In this document: positions 29,384 through 39,250 of the stretch, piece after piece
How positions within the stretch are numbered: position 1 is the stretch's first letter
Layout: every line of letters starts with the position of its first letter
NCBI GenBank assembly: GCA_030680835.1
Contig: JAUXUD010000014.1
Span: forward strand, 18,965 to 82,964
DNA length: 64,000 nt
From: Bacteroidota bacterium
GTDB lineage: Bacteria; Bacteroidota; Bacteroidia; UKL13-3
Reading direction: 5' to 3'
The notes under the pieces: model-generated
Databases searched by the model: none
The model's input: the letters and a program-made list of their open reading frames with translations, nothing else
Told to the model about the DNA's origin: nothing
Made by a program: the position numbers and the translations under genes

Positions 29384-30496
29384 ATGACAACAACCATCTG
29401 TTGTGTATTCAACATAGCATCGCATTATCGAGCTCCAATTTATACACTGATGGACAAAGAGTTGGAATGTGATTTTTTTATTGGAGATCGCCTTCCATAT
29501 GTTATAGAATTAATGCATTATGAAAGTTTAAAAGGATATAAAAATAGATTGAACTACCTACATATAGCTGGGAATTTTTATTGGCAGCAAGGAGCCATTT
29601 CGTTGGCATTTAAATCATACAAGCAATACATACTAACAGGGGAGCCCTATTGTATTTCTACCTGGTTAATTCTGCTTTTAAATAGATTAACAGGCAGGAA
29701 ATCATACTTATGGACACATGGTTGGTATGGAAATGAGACCCGTTTTAAAATATTAATTAAAAAGTTATTTTTTGGACTGGCTGACAAAGTATTACTCTAT
29801 GGCGATTATGCCAGAAATTTAATGCTGAAGGAAGGTTTTAAGTCAGAAAAACTCTTAACAATATATAATTCTTTAGATGTCGAAGAGCAAATGCAAATAT
29901 GGCAAAATTTGAAAGAAACATCAGTATATAAAGAACATTTTAAAAATCAATTCCCGATTTTGCTTTATATTGGACGTATACAGACGAGAAAAAAAATTGA
30001 GTTGCTGATTGAAGCTTTGAATGAATTAATAAAAAATAATTCACCATGTAATTTAATACTTATTGGAAAACAGACTGATGAGACAAATATTCACAAATTA
30101 GTATCCTATTACGGATTAGATAGATATGTTTGGTTTTTTGGCCCATGTTATGATGAAAATATTCTAGGTGAACTTATTTATAATGCGGATGTGTGTGTAT
30201 CTCCTGGAAATGTTGGCTTAACAGCAATGCATGCTCTGGTTTATGGGACTCCGGTTATTACCCAAAACAACTTTACCCGTCAAATGCCGGAGTTTGAAGC
30301 TATATCACCCTCTTTAACCGGTGATTTTTTTACAGAAGATTCTGTTGAAGATTTAACTAAGAAAATTATGGATTGGGTTAATGTTGGATTTGAGCGAAGA
30401 GAAACCATTCGTCAAAATTGTTATAAAATAATTTATGAAAAGTACAATCCCAACAAACAAATTAATGTCTTAAAAGAGGCTTTAAATTTACATTAA
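29384..30496 (+). CDS. Glycosyltransferase family 4
   Basis: HYR, IGR...KK, SPGNVGLTAMHA..YGTPVIT. Confidence 0.88.
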   Translation: MTTTICCVFNIASHYRAPIYTLMDKELECDFFIGDRLPYVIELMHYESLKGYKNRLNYLHIAGNFYWQQGAISLAFKSYKQYILTGEPYCISTWLILLLNRLTGRKSYLWTHGWYGNETRFKILIKKLFFGLADKVLLYGDYARNLMLKEGFKSEKLLTIYNSLDVEEQMQIWQNLKETSVYKEHFKNQFPILLYIGRIQTRKKIELLIEALNELIKNNSPCNLILIGKQTDETNIHKLVSYYGLDRYVWFFGPCYDENILGELIYNADVCVSPGNVGLTAMHALVYGTPVITQNNFTRQMPEFEAISPSLTGDFFTEDSVEDLTKKIMDWVNVGFERRETIRQNCYKIIYEKYNPNKQINVLKEALNLH

Positions 30497-30501
30497 GCCT
30501 A

Positions 30502-31836
30502 ATGCACTATCCTAGGGTCCTAATTCTGACAATCAATCGCATTAATAAAACAGATAATTCGAGTAATGGTCTGCTAGTACGAAATCTATTTAATAACTTT
30601 CCACAAAAAAATCTTGCACAGATTTACAGCGGTGGAAGTAATGGTGATGCTGGTTTCTTTGGAAGTTATTATAAAATTGAACAAATAGATCGTAGACTTG
30701 GCCGGTTTTTCTTTAAATTTAAGAATATCACACAAGTGGAAACCAAAAACACATCTAATAACAATAAATCGAACAAGAAGCCAACTTACAAACAATTAAC
30801 TCATTTTTTGGGTGAGCATTTGTTGATGAAAACTGGCCTCTACGAATTGGTATTTAGACCACGCCTTTCCCGGGAAATGATTGAATGGATAGATAACTTC
30901 CATCCTGATATCCTTTTTACTCAAGGATATAATCTGTCATTTACAATCTTACCGCTGATAATATCAAAGCGCATAAAGGTACCTATTGCATATTATCCTG
31001 CCGATGATTGGCCGGATTATTGTTATCTTCCCGAAGAAGGACATGGCAATCTTATCACACTATTTGTTCGAAGTAGAGTAAAAAAGTTATCAAATGACTT
31101 AGTCAGAAAGGCAAGTGTTCATATTGCGTTTAATAACCCAATGAAAAATGAATATCTATGGCGGTATGGAATTGCATTTAATTTATTGATGCAAGGAGAT
31201 GATTTTACCAGATTTGAAGCTATTTCGAGCACAAAAACCAATGATCAAAGTGAATACATAATTGTCTCTACCGGAGATTTCAGTCATCCCAGACTGTCTC
31301 TTTTAGAGGATCTTAACAAAGCATGTGAGATACTTAATGCTGAAGGATTAAATGTCCGTGCAAAAATATTTCCAGCAAATAATTTAGAATATATTATATC
31401 ACAATTGAACCATTGTCAATTCCTTCAATTTGAGAGTTGCCCAACTCATGAAGGCATGGTGCCAGTTCTATTGAGTGCAGATATTTTGTTTTTACCTGAA
31501 CGTTTTGGCACTAATCCTGAACGTGTTCGCCTTAGTGTTTCATCAAAGGCTCATCTTTTTATGTTTAGTGGGAAAGCGATTATTGTATATTCGCATCCAT
31601 TAACAGGTATATTACGTTATGCAAAAGAAGAAGGGTGGGCCTCAATTGTTGAAAAACGTAGCCCTGAAAATTTAGCAATTACCCTAAGGATGTTATTAAC
31701 AGATTCAGTCAAGAGGCAACAACTCATTGACAGGGCCCACCTAATTGCTACAAAAAATCACTTACTCCCTCAAATTCAAGATAATTTTTGCAAATTACTT
31801 CAAGCAGGAATCCAAGATAATTTTATTTCAAAATAA
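30502..31836 (+). CDS. Putative glycosyltransferase (GT-B)
   Basis: SSNG..., ADDW, ADILFLP, SVSSK..MFSGK pattern seen in GT-B proteins of polysaccharide loci. Confidence 0.7.
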   Translation: MHYPRVLILTINRINKTDNSSNGLLVRNLFNNFPQKNLAQIYSGGSNGDAGFFGSYYKIEQIDRRLGRFFFKFKNITQVETKNTSNNNKSNKKPTYKQLTHFLGEHLLMKTGLYELVFRPRLSREMIEWIDNFHPDILFTQGYNLSFTILPLIISKRIKVPIAYYPADDWPDYCYLPEEGHGNLITLFVRSRVKKLSNDLVRKASVHIAFNNPMKNEYLWRYGIAFNLLMQGDDFTRFEAISSTKTNDQSEYIIVSTGDFSHPRLSLLEDLNKACEILNAEGLNVRAKIFPANNLEYIISQLNHCQFLQFESCPTHEGMVPVLLSADILFLPERFGTNPERVRLSVSSKAHLFMFSGKAIIVYSHPLTGILRYAKEEGWASIVEKRSPENLAITLRMLLTDSVKRQQLIDRAHLIATKNHLLPQIQDNFCKLLQAGIQDNFISK

Positions 31837-31852
31837 AACATATTAAGTGGTT

Positions 31853-32917
31853 ATGAAAAAGAATCAAATGTGTGAGGATCAGAAACGCCATCGTTATATT
31901 TTAATGCGTTGGCAACAATATGAGAAATTGTTTTTACCAAGCATAGATGGGAGGTTAATACAATCCAGTCTAACAATTCATAAAAGTACGAGTATTAAGG
32001 GCAAAATATTTCATAAAATTCTTGAATCTAAAACATCAATTAGAATATTAGAACAATTTTCGATTGTTAGCTATGAGGAACCCAAAAGGTTCGGTAGTTT
32101 TAGGTGGAAAGAGTGGAAGAATCAAGCACTTAAAATTCTTGATATTAATGAAGGTTGGGTATCCTTTTCATTCCCTCAAAATGAAGACAGAAGATTTGTC
32201 GCTATTTTATTAGACAACAATGCTCAAGCACGAGGGTTTGCTAAAGTGGCTTTAGATGAAAAAACAAAAACATTATTCCAAAATGAAGTAAATGGATTGA
32301 GATATTTTTCACAAATAAAACTGAAGCATTTTTGTGTTCCTAGCGTTCTTTTTGAAGGAGAATTTGAAGGAGCTTATTACTTTATTCAGAGTTTAATCCC
32401 TCATAAAACAAATTATTACTCAAATTTTAATGACAAAAATTGGATTGAATTAGTAAATGAAATAATATCATCTAGTATTTCTCATGAGACACTACGAACT
32501 CAACCATGGTGGACAAAATTAAAAACAATGTCAACCCCGACAGTTAATCTCATTCCTTTTTTAGAAAGTGAAGTAACTGAATCTATTCAAGTTTGTAATA
32601 CCCATGGAGATTTAGGTCCTGGCAATATAAGATTTCAAAATAACAATTTCTGGATTTATGATTGGGAAGGATTCAACAAACAAGCACCAATAATGACAGA
32701 TTATTTGTCATTCGTTATTGAACATTTCATTAAGTCCCCATTTTTAAGCTATAGCAATAAAGCAAATAAAATACTTTATTATTTATCTGAAAACATCCCT
32801 TATGCAAGCAAATGTAATATTGCACTAGCTTTAGCATATTTGTCGACTAGTAGAAATTGGACATTAAATGATAAAATGTCACTTGAATTGTGCAAAGCAT
32901 TATTACGTAGAAATTGA
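31853..32917 (+). CDS. Protein-kinase-like (APH/choline-kinase fold) phosphotransferase
   Basis: FAK..., NE, HGDLGPGNI (Brenner motif), YDWE; GTG at 31847 is an alternative start. Confidence 0.75.
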   Translation: MKKNQMCEDQKRHRYILMRWQQYEKLFLPSIDGRLIQSSLTIHKSTSIKGKIFHKILESKTSIRILEQFSIVSYEEPKRFGSFRWKEWKNQALKILDINEGWVSFSFPQNEDRRFVAILLDNNAQARGFAKVALDEKTKTLFQNEVNGLRYFSQIKLKHFCVPSVLFEGEFEGAYYFIQSLIPHKTNYYSNFNDKNWIELVNEIISSSISHETLRTQPWWTKLKTMSTPTVNLIPFLESEVTESIQVCNTHGDLGPGNIRFQNNNFWIYDWEGFNKQAPIMTDYLSFVIEHFIKSPFLSYSNKANKILYYLSENIPYASKCNIALALAYLSTSRNWTLNDKMSLELCKALLRRN

Positions 32918-32959
32918 CAGTAAAAGTAATCACAACTAAAAAAATAAAATCAATAAAAA

Positions 32960-33727
32960 ATGGAAAAATTAAATAAAAATGAAGACTATAAGGATTATTA
33001 CTTATCAAAAGAATCTGCCATTGAGTATGATGAAGTATCATACAAAGAAGGAACTTATGGATCCGTCTTATGGGAAATTGAAAAAGAAAAATTAATAAAC
33101 CATTTAAAAAATTTCTGCAATACAAATAAGAATATAAGATATTTGGATTTTGCTTGTGGAACTGGTAGAATTGTGTCATTAGTTGAGGCCTTTGTTGAAG
33201 AATCTAACGGAATAGATATTAGTCAGTCAATGCTAGATAGAGCAGCACAAAAAACCAAACATACAAATTTGATTCAGGGAGATATTACCAAAGATGTAAA
33301 TATTATTAAAGGTAAATATGACCTGATCACAACTTTTAGATTTGTTTTAAATGCAAATCCTGAATTAAGAGAAGAGGCTCTTGGAATATTAAGTGAAAAA
33401 TTACAATCCAGAGATAGTTGGTTAATATTCAATATGCATACAAATAAATATAGTTATGCATTTTTGAGTTATTTATGGATTAAAATTTTTGGTCAATCAA
33501 AAGATAAAGACCTTAAAAGATTTATGTCAATTAATGATTGCAAATTACTCGCAAGGAAAGCTCATCTGGATATCGTAAAAATAGAAGGTTTGGGATTTCT
33601 TTCCAGTAAGATTTTCAGGATACTTCCACACTTTCTTGGACTTAATATCGAAAAGACACTTTCAAAAATTCCATTGATAAATCTATTGGGAACCGACTTA
33701 ATATTTTTCTGTAAAAAAAAGGAATAG
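32960..33727 (+). CDS. Class I SAM-dependent methyltransferase
   Basis: LDFACGTGR, GIDISQSML, YDLITTFRF. Confidence 0.88.
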   Translation: MEKLNKNEDYKDYYLSKESAIEYDEVSYKEGTYGSVLWEIEKEKLINHLKNFCNTNKNIRYLDFACGTGRIVSLVEAFVEESNGIDISQSMLDRAAQKTKHTNLIQGDITKDVNIIKGKYDLITTFRFVLNANPELREEALGILSEKLQSRDSWLIFNMHTNKYSYAFLSYLWIKIFGQSKDKDLKRFMSINDCKLLARKAHLDIVKIEGLGFLSSKIFRILPHFLGLNIEKTLSKIPLINLLGTDLIFFCKKKE

Positions 33728-33737
33728 ATTTATTCAA

Positions 33738-34886
33738 ATGATACAGCCTACCTTTTATTTTTATACTAACCTTCTTGCTCCATACATGTTTCACCGTTGG
33801 AAGATGATATCAGAGGCATTTCCAGGCAGCATGGTCATTTTAACAAGAAAGGCCGATCCGGGAAGACCCTGGCAATACCAACACAAAGAAATGGACTTTC
33901 CTTGTGTTAATTTTCCGGAGACCTTAAGCCTTTCAAATCATTTATCCTGGTCAAAAGGACTAAGAAAGTTTGTGAGGAAAACTGCTACTCTCCAAACTAT
34001 TCACCTGTTCGAAGATATTTCAGGATTAAACATGCTTAATGTAATGTATGCGGCAAAAAGCAAGCTTTTTTTATTAATAAATGATGGGGGATTTGTTCAA
34101 ACAACGCAACGATACTCTCAGAAACTTAGATGGAATTTGATTGGTCAGAAATGCTTTGGCGCAATAACACCAGGTGAAACAGGTAAGCAATATACAACAG
34201 CCTGGGGTTTTCCGGCAGAAAAAATCTATAACAGTTATTTAAGTCCTGACATGGAAAACTTTTCAAGTTACCGTGACAGTGAACAGGCTAAAAAAGATCG
34301 CAATGAGATCCGAATTGGACTCGGTTTAAATGATAAAGATATTTTAGTGCTTTGTAATAGTCGTTTACTCGACTGGAAACGAATTGAGGATCTTGCAGAA
34401 TCAATACCTTTTTTATCAGAAGGTGCAAAAAACAGAATTTTTCTCCTCATGATCGGAAATGGCCCCTATAAGGGTCCACTGGATTTATTGCAAAGTTTGA
34501 AACATTTTCGATTTAAATGGATCCCTGCAGTCTCCTATGAGGAAATAAAAAAATATTATGCTGCTTCCGATCTTTTAGTTCTGCCAAGTGAAGGCGACAT
34601 ATGGGGACTGGTAATCAATGAGGCATTATCAATGGGGAAACCGGTTGTATGTACCGACTGTATTGGAGCATCCGACCTGGTAAAAAATGGATGGAACGGA
34701 TTTAAAGTTGAGAAAAGAAATCCGAAATCTTTTGCAGAATCAATAGAAAAATTAGTATTGGATGATCAATTACATCAAGTTATGTCATCAAATGCGCGAA
34801 CAATCGAAAAAACCTGGCACAGTGGATTGTTCATAAATGAATTGGAGAGAGTGGTAAAAGATATTTACTTAAAAAATAGCCATTAA
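33738..34886 (+). CDS. Glycosyltransferase family 4
   Basis: APY, SRL..K, DLLVLPS..DIWGLVINEALSMGKPVV. Confidence 0.88.
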   Translation: MIQPTFYFYTNLLAPYMFHRWKMISEAFPGSMVILTRKADPGRPWQYQHKEMDFPCVNFPETLSLSNHLSWSKGLRKFVRKTATLQTIHLFEDISGLNMLNVMYAAKSKLFLLINDGGFVQTTQRYSQKLRWNLIGQKCFGAITPGETGKQYTTAWGFPAEKIYNSYLSPDMENFSSYRDSEQAKKDRNEIRIGLGLNDKDILVLCNSRLLDWKRIEDLAESIPFLSEGAKNRIFLLMIGNGPYKGPLDLLQSLKHFRFKWIPAVSYEEIKKYYAASDLLVLPSEGDIWGLVINEALSMGKPVVCTDCIGASDLVKNGWNGFKVEKRNPKSFAESIEKLVLDDQLHQVMSSNARTIEKTWHSGLFINELERVVKDIYLKNSH

Positions 34887-34964
34887 TGCTGTCATTATTA
34901 ACATTCAAAAAGTTTTAATAAATCAAAAAATATTTTACTTCAATCCTGAAAATAATATTCAATT

Positions 34965-35339
34965 ATGGCCGAGATAATCAATCTGAATAAATATACCGAC
35001 AAACGGGGTAATTTAATAGTAATCGAAAAAGTACTACCCTTTACGATCAAAAGAGTCTTTTATATCTACGGTGTTGATGATTCTGTCAGAGGCAATCACC
35101 GTCATAAAACAACCATTCAAGCTGCAGTTTCAATTCAGGGAAGTTGCAGAATTTCGAATAAAAGCGGAATAGGAAATGCTATTGAAGAATTTTCTTTGGA
35201 TACCCCTTCTAAATGCCTTCTTATTAACCCTGAAGACTATCATTGGATGGATAACTTTTCAAAGGATTGTATTTTAATGGTTTTTGCCTCAGAGTATTTT
35301 GACAAAAACGATTATATTTATGAGAACTACCATGATTGA
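34965..35339 (+). CDS. fdtA: dTDP-6-deoxy-3,4-ketohexulose isomerase (FdtA/QdtA cupin)
   Basis: DKRGNL..IE, IKRVFYIY, RGNHRH, YFDKNDYI. Confidence 0.85.
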   Translation: MAEIINLNKYTDKRGNLIVIEKVLPFTIKRVFYIYGVDDSVRGNHRHKTTIQAAVSIQGSCRISNKSGIGNAIEEFSLDTPSKCLLINPEDYHWMDNFSKDCILMVFASEYFDKNDYIYENYHD

Positions 35340-36414
35340 TTACGAAAATTTAGGCAACCTAAACGCTCCCTTTTTTGAGGAATACAAATCCTCTTTTTCA
35401 CGAACGCTCGAATCGGGTTGGTATATTTTGGGTGAAAATGTAAAGAAGTTTGAAATTGACTATGCGCAATATTGCGGAACAAATTATTGTATTGGCCTGG
35501 CATCCGGGTTAGATGCCTTACATCTGGCAATTCGTTGTTTTGATTTTCCTTCCGGAACAGAGATTATAGTTCCTTCAAATACCTATATAGCTACAATATT
35601 ATCAATTGTGCAAAATGGTTTTAAGCCTGTTCTGGTAGAACCTGATATTAAAACATATAATATCAATCCCACAAAAATAGAAGAAAAAATTACACCCAAT
35701 ACACGTGCTATAATGTTGGTACATCTATATGGCAAATGTTGCGATATGGAACCTATACTTTTTGTTGCAAAGAAATACGGATTGAAGGTAATTGAAGATT
35801 GCGCCCAATCTCATGGAAGTAAGTACAAAGGTCAAATTTCTGGTTCTTTTGGTGATTTTGGCGCTCATAGTTTCTACCCAACAAAAAATTTAGGAGCATT
35901 GGGCGATGCAGGAGCTGCAACAACAAATGATATTTTACTTGCCGAAAAACTTAAAGCATTGAGAAACTATGGTTCTAAAGTTAGATATGTGAATGAATAT
36001 GTTGGCTATAATTCACGCCTCGATGAAATGCAGGCTGGTTTTTTATCAATAAAATTAGCTTCGCTTAATGCGATTAACGAACATAAACGCAAGTTAGCAA
36101 AACTATATTTAGATAATCTTAATGTTGAGTTTATAAAACCAGTTGTAGACAAAGACTATTATGATGTATACCACATTTTTAACATTCGACACGCCAAACG
36201 TGATCAATTAAAAGAATATCTGTTATTGCATGGAATAAAGACAGAAATTCATTACCCGATTGCACCGAATAAACAAAAGGCAATGCAGGGTATCATTACC
36301 GGGAATTATCCTGTTTCAGAGGAAATTCACAATACTACATTAAGTTTACCTATTTCATTTTGTCATACAGACGAAGAAATTTACCGGGTTATAGAAACCC
36401 TAAACAAATTTTGA
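35332..36414 (+). CDS. fdtB: DegT-family C3 aminotransferase (FdtB/QdtB)
   Basis: SGWYILG, SGLDAL, EDCAQSHG, SFYPTKNLGALGD, NSRLDE; follows fdtA. Confidence 0.87.
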   Translation: MIDYENLGNLNAPFFEEYKSSFSRTLESGWYILGENVKKFEIDYAQYCGTNYCIGLASGLDALHLAIRCFDFPSGTEIIVPSNTYIATILSIVQNGFKPVLVEPDIKTYNINPTKIEEKITPNTRAIMLVHLYGKCCDMEPILFVAKKYGLKVIEDCAQSHGSKYKGQISGSFGDFGAHSFYPTKNLGALGDAGAATTNDILLAEKLKALRNYGSKVRYVNEYVGYNSRLDEMQAGFLSIKLASLNAINEHKRKLAKLYLDNLNVEFIKPVVDKDYYDVYHIFNIRHAKRDQLKEYLLLHGIKTEIHYPIAPNKQKAMQGIITGNYPVSEEIHNTTLSLPISFCHTDEEIYRVIETLNKF

Positions 36415-36415
36415 G

Positions 36416-37444
36416 TTGAAATATAACTTTTGCACACTGTTCGACTCCTATTACCTCACGAGGGGCATGGCTCTTTATGATTCGTTATTGCAGCATTGTG
36501 AAAGTTTTCATTTGTATATTTATTCATTTGACGAGGAGTCTTATATTAAACTAAAATCACTCAATCTTCAGCATGCGACAATTGTACCTCTTGTCGAATT
36601 TGAAACAAAAGAATTACTGAATGTTAAAGAGAGTAGAACCATAGCAGAATATTGCTGGACTTGCACGGCATCAACTATTTGGCATACTTTTAAGCATTAT
36701 AAAGTAGATCATTGTACATACCTTGATGCTGATATGTTGTTTTTTTCCAATCCTGAACCTATCTTCAATGAAATCGGCGAAAGGGCAATTGCCTTTACGG
36801 AACATGATTTTTCATCGAATTTAAAAGCATCTGAAATTTATGGGAAATATTGTGTTCAATTTATGTATTTTAAGAATACAACTATTGGTTTGCATGCCCT
36901 GGACTGGTGGCGGCTCCAATGTATCGAATGGTGTTTTGCCAAATTAGAGATTGAACGATACGCAGATCAGAAATATCTTGAGTTTTTTGAAGAAAAATTC
37001 GGTGATGTTTGCATTATTAAGAACATTGGTTGTGGCGTTGCTCCCTGGAATATTTCTAACTATAAAGAAGTTGTTGGTTCAGAAAACAATTTTAAACTCC
37101 GGATAACTCATAAAAACGGCTTAAATGGGGAGTTGATTTTTTATCACTTTCAGGGGTTAAAAATTATCGAAAAAGAAAATGTTATTTTAAGTGAGGCTTC
37201 AGTTGCCCCAATCAAAAAAGTTTTCTTAGAGTTGATTTATAAACCTTATATTCATAAAGTAGTTTTTAATAAGTATCAGCTACTTGGAGAAAGAGTGAAC
37301 CCAAAGCCAATAGTATTTCACAGACCATTAAAAGTTGCATTAAGTCTTTTTATAAAGCAACAACTAAAACAGTTTATTTGGGTCAGGTATTTATTTTATA
37401 AGATCAAAAGGAATAGATATTCACGTCCCAAAAATATTGAGTAA
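36416..37444 (+). CDS. Putative glycosyltransferase (GT-A)
   Basis: FCTLFD..YL.RG, EYCWT, YLDAD (DxD), DQKYL, APWN, FYHF; TTG start. Confidence 0.75.
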   Translation: MKYNFCTLFDSYYLTRGMALYDSLLQHCESFHLYIYSFDEESYIKLKSLNLQHATIVPLVEFETKELLNVKESRTIAEYCWTCTASTIWHTFKHYKVDHCTYLDADMLFFSNPEPIFNEIGERAIAFTEHDFSSNLKASEIYGKYCVQFMYFKNTTIGLHALDWWRLQCIEWCFAKLEIERYADQKYLEFFEEKFGDVCIIKNIGCGVAPWNISNYKEVVGSENNFKLRITHKNGLNGELIFYHFQGLKIIEKENVILSEASVAPIKKVFLELIYKPYIHKVVFNKYQLLGERVNPKPIVFHRPLKVALSLFIKQQLKQFIWVRYLFYKIKRNRYSRPKNIE

Positions 37445-37455
37445 TTTTAATAAAC

Positions 37456-38487
37456 ATGTTAAATAAAAAAGTATTATTAATTACCGGTGGAACAGGTTCA
37501 TTCGGAAATGCGGTCTTAAATCGATTTTTGAATACTGATCATTTTAAAGAAATCAGAATATTTTCAAGGGATGAAAAAAAACAGGACGATATGAGGAATC
37601 AATTTAAGAATGACAAATTGAAATTCTATATCGGCGATGTACGTGATTTTAATAGCATTGAGAGGGCAATGCGAGGAGTAGATTATGTATTTCATGCCGC
37701 CGCACTAAAACAGGTGCCATCTTGTGAGTTTTTCCCTATTGAAGCTGCAAAAACAAATGTATTTGGCACACAAAATGTGATTGACGCTGCTGCAGCAAAT
37801 AATGTAAAAAAAGTTATTTGTTTAAGCACAGACAAGGCTGCTTATCCAATAAATGCAATGGGAATATCAAAAGCCTTGATGGAAAAAGTAGCAGTGGCTG
37901 CATCCAGAAGTCTAACCAACACCACAGTTTGTCTGACAAGATATGGAAATGTGATGGCCTCAAGGGGCTCCGTAATTCCTCTGTTTTTAAAACAAATCAA
38001 ATCCGGCCAACCCATAACAATTACCGACCAAAAAATGACAAGGTTCCTTATGTCATTGGAGGACGCTGTTGAGCTGGTATTATTTGCCTTTGAACATGGT
38101 AACCAGGGTGATTTATTTGTAAACAAAGCACCGGCAGGAACGATTGGTGACCTGGCTCAGGCGTTGAAGGAAATTTGTGAGGCTAATACAGAAATAAAAA
38201 TCATTGGAACGCGACATGGAGAAAAATTATATGAAACACTTTGTACCCGTGAAGAGATGAAGAAAGCTGAAGATATGGGAGAATTTTACAGAGTTCCTGC
38301 TGATAACAGGGATTTGAATTATGCCCAGTATTTCTCTGAAGGAGAACAAGACATATCCCTGATTGAGGATTATCATTCACACAATACAACCCAATTAGAT
38401 ATTGAAGGAATGAAAAAACTATTAATGAAGTTGCCTTTAATACGGAAAGAGGTGTTTGGAGAAGATGTAGCTCAAATGCCGGGTTAG
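37456..38487 (+). CDS. wbjB: UDP-GlcNAc 4,6-dehydratase/5-epimerase (FnlA/WbjB/CapE)
   Basis: TGGTGSFG, SRDEKKQDDMR, HAAALKQVPSCEFFP, STDKA.YPINAMG.SK, RHGEK, DYHSHNT. Confidence 0.93.
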   Translation: MLNKKVLLITGGTGSFGNAVLNRFLNTDHFKEIRIFSRDEKKQDDMRNQFKNDKLKFYIGDVRDFNSIERAMRGVDYVFHAAALKQVPSCEFFPIEAAKTNVFGTQNVIDAAAANNVKKVICLSTDKAAYPINAMGISKALMEKVAVAASRSLTNTTVCLTRYGNVMASRGSVIPLFLKQIKSGQPITITDQKMTRFLMSLEDAVELVLFAFEHGNQGDLFVNKAPAGTIGDLAQALKEICEANTEIKIIGTRHGEKLYETLCTREEMKKAEDMGEFYRVPADNRDLNYAQYFSEGEQDISLIEDYHSHNTTQLDIEGMKKLLMKLPLIRKEVFGEDVAQMPG

Positions 38488-38493
38488 GAGAAA

Positions 38494-38702
38494 GTAAAAA
38501 GTAAAAAGTAAAAAGTAAAAAGTAAAAAGTAAAAAGTAAAAAGTAAAAAGTGAAAATTGAAAAGTGAAAAGTAAAAAGTAAAAAGTAAAAAGTTAAAAGT
38601 TAAAAGAGAAAAGAAAATAGTGAATAGTAAAAAGTAATTAGTTTCAGTGCCAACCACATGAATCACTTCACACCTATCCATACTTACTTTTGCCTTTTTA
38701 CT
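38494..38702. repeat. Heptamer array (GTAAAAA, 20 units in register) with a short inverted arm
   Basis: 8 perfect + 12 mostly degenerate units at 38494-38633; reverse-complement-like TACTTTTGCCTTTTTACT at 38685-38702. Confidence 0.92.
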
Positions 38703-38719
38703 ACTCACAAGAATCTAAA

Positions 38720-39133
38720 ATGTCCCCTAAAATAATCAAAGGTAACATTCACTCTGACTCAAGAGGAACATTGTATTATAATAATGATTTTGATGCTTCT
38801 CAAATCAAGCGAATTTATTTTATTGAAAATATAGACACTGATTTTATAAGAGGCTGGCAGGGACATAAGATTGAACAAAGGTGGTTTTCGGCTGTACTTG
38901 GATCTTTTAGAATTAGCATCTTGCCAATAGTGAGTTTTGAATCTTCTACTCAGAAAGTGAAGCCTCTTATATTTGAACTTTTTTCAAAACAACTGGACGT
39001 TTTGCATACACCTGGGGGTTATGTAACCGCCATTCAGGCATTGGAATCAAACGCTAAATTATTGGTAATGGCCGATTACCATTTAGGAGAGATAAATGAC
39101 GAATATCGATTTGAAGTAAAAAGTATAAAGTAA
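38720..39133 (+). CDS. WxcM-like/RmlC-like cupin sugar epimerase
   Basis: HSDSRG, KRIYFI, RGWQGH..E.RWF; position between fnlA and fnlB. Confidence 0.8.
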   Translation: MSPKIIKGNIHSDSRGTLYYNNDFDASQIKRIYFIENIDTDFIRGWQGHKIEQRWFSAVLGSFRISILPIVSFESSTQKVKPLIFELFSKQLDVLHTPGGYVTAIQALESNAKLLVMADYHLGEINDEYRFEVKSIK

Positions 39134-39237
39134 AAAGTATAAAGTAATATCAATTCCTTAGTAACTTTTATCTTTTCCCTTTTATCTTTTCCCTTTCCCC
39201 CATTCACTTTTTACTTTTGCCTTTTTACTTTTGCCTT
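39116..39237. repeat. Heptamer array (GTAAAAA/GTATAAA x4) with a long inverted arm (CTTTT(A/C/T/G)N x~10)
   Basis: Forward units 39116-39143 supply the cupin stop codon; reverse units 39165-39237 end just before the fnlB ATG. Confidence 0.85.
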
Positions 39238-39250
39238 ATATCTAAATATT

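Noticed and set aside
18844..32917. 'Cephalosporin hydroxylase', 'hemolytic protein' and 'aminoglycoside phosphotransferase' as resistance or virulence genes
   Set aside because: These are family-name artefacts; the context indicates glycan methylation, glycosyl transfer and phosphorylation.
38484..38708. Minus-strand 74-aa ORF (…FLLFTFYFLLFTF…)
   Set aside because: It is the translation of the GTAAAAA heptamer array, not a gene.
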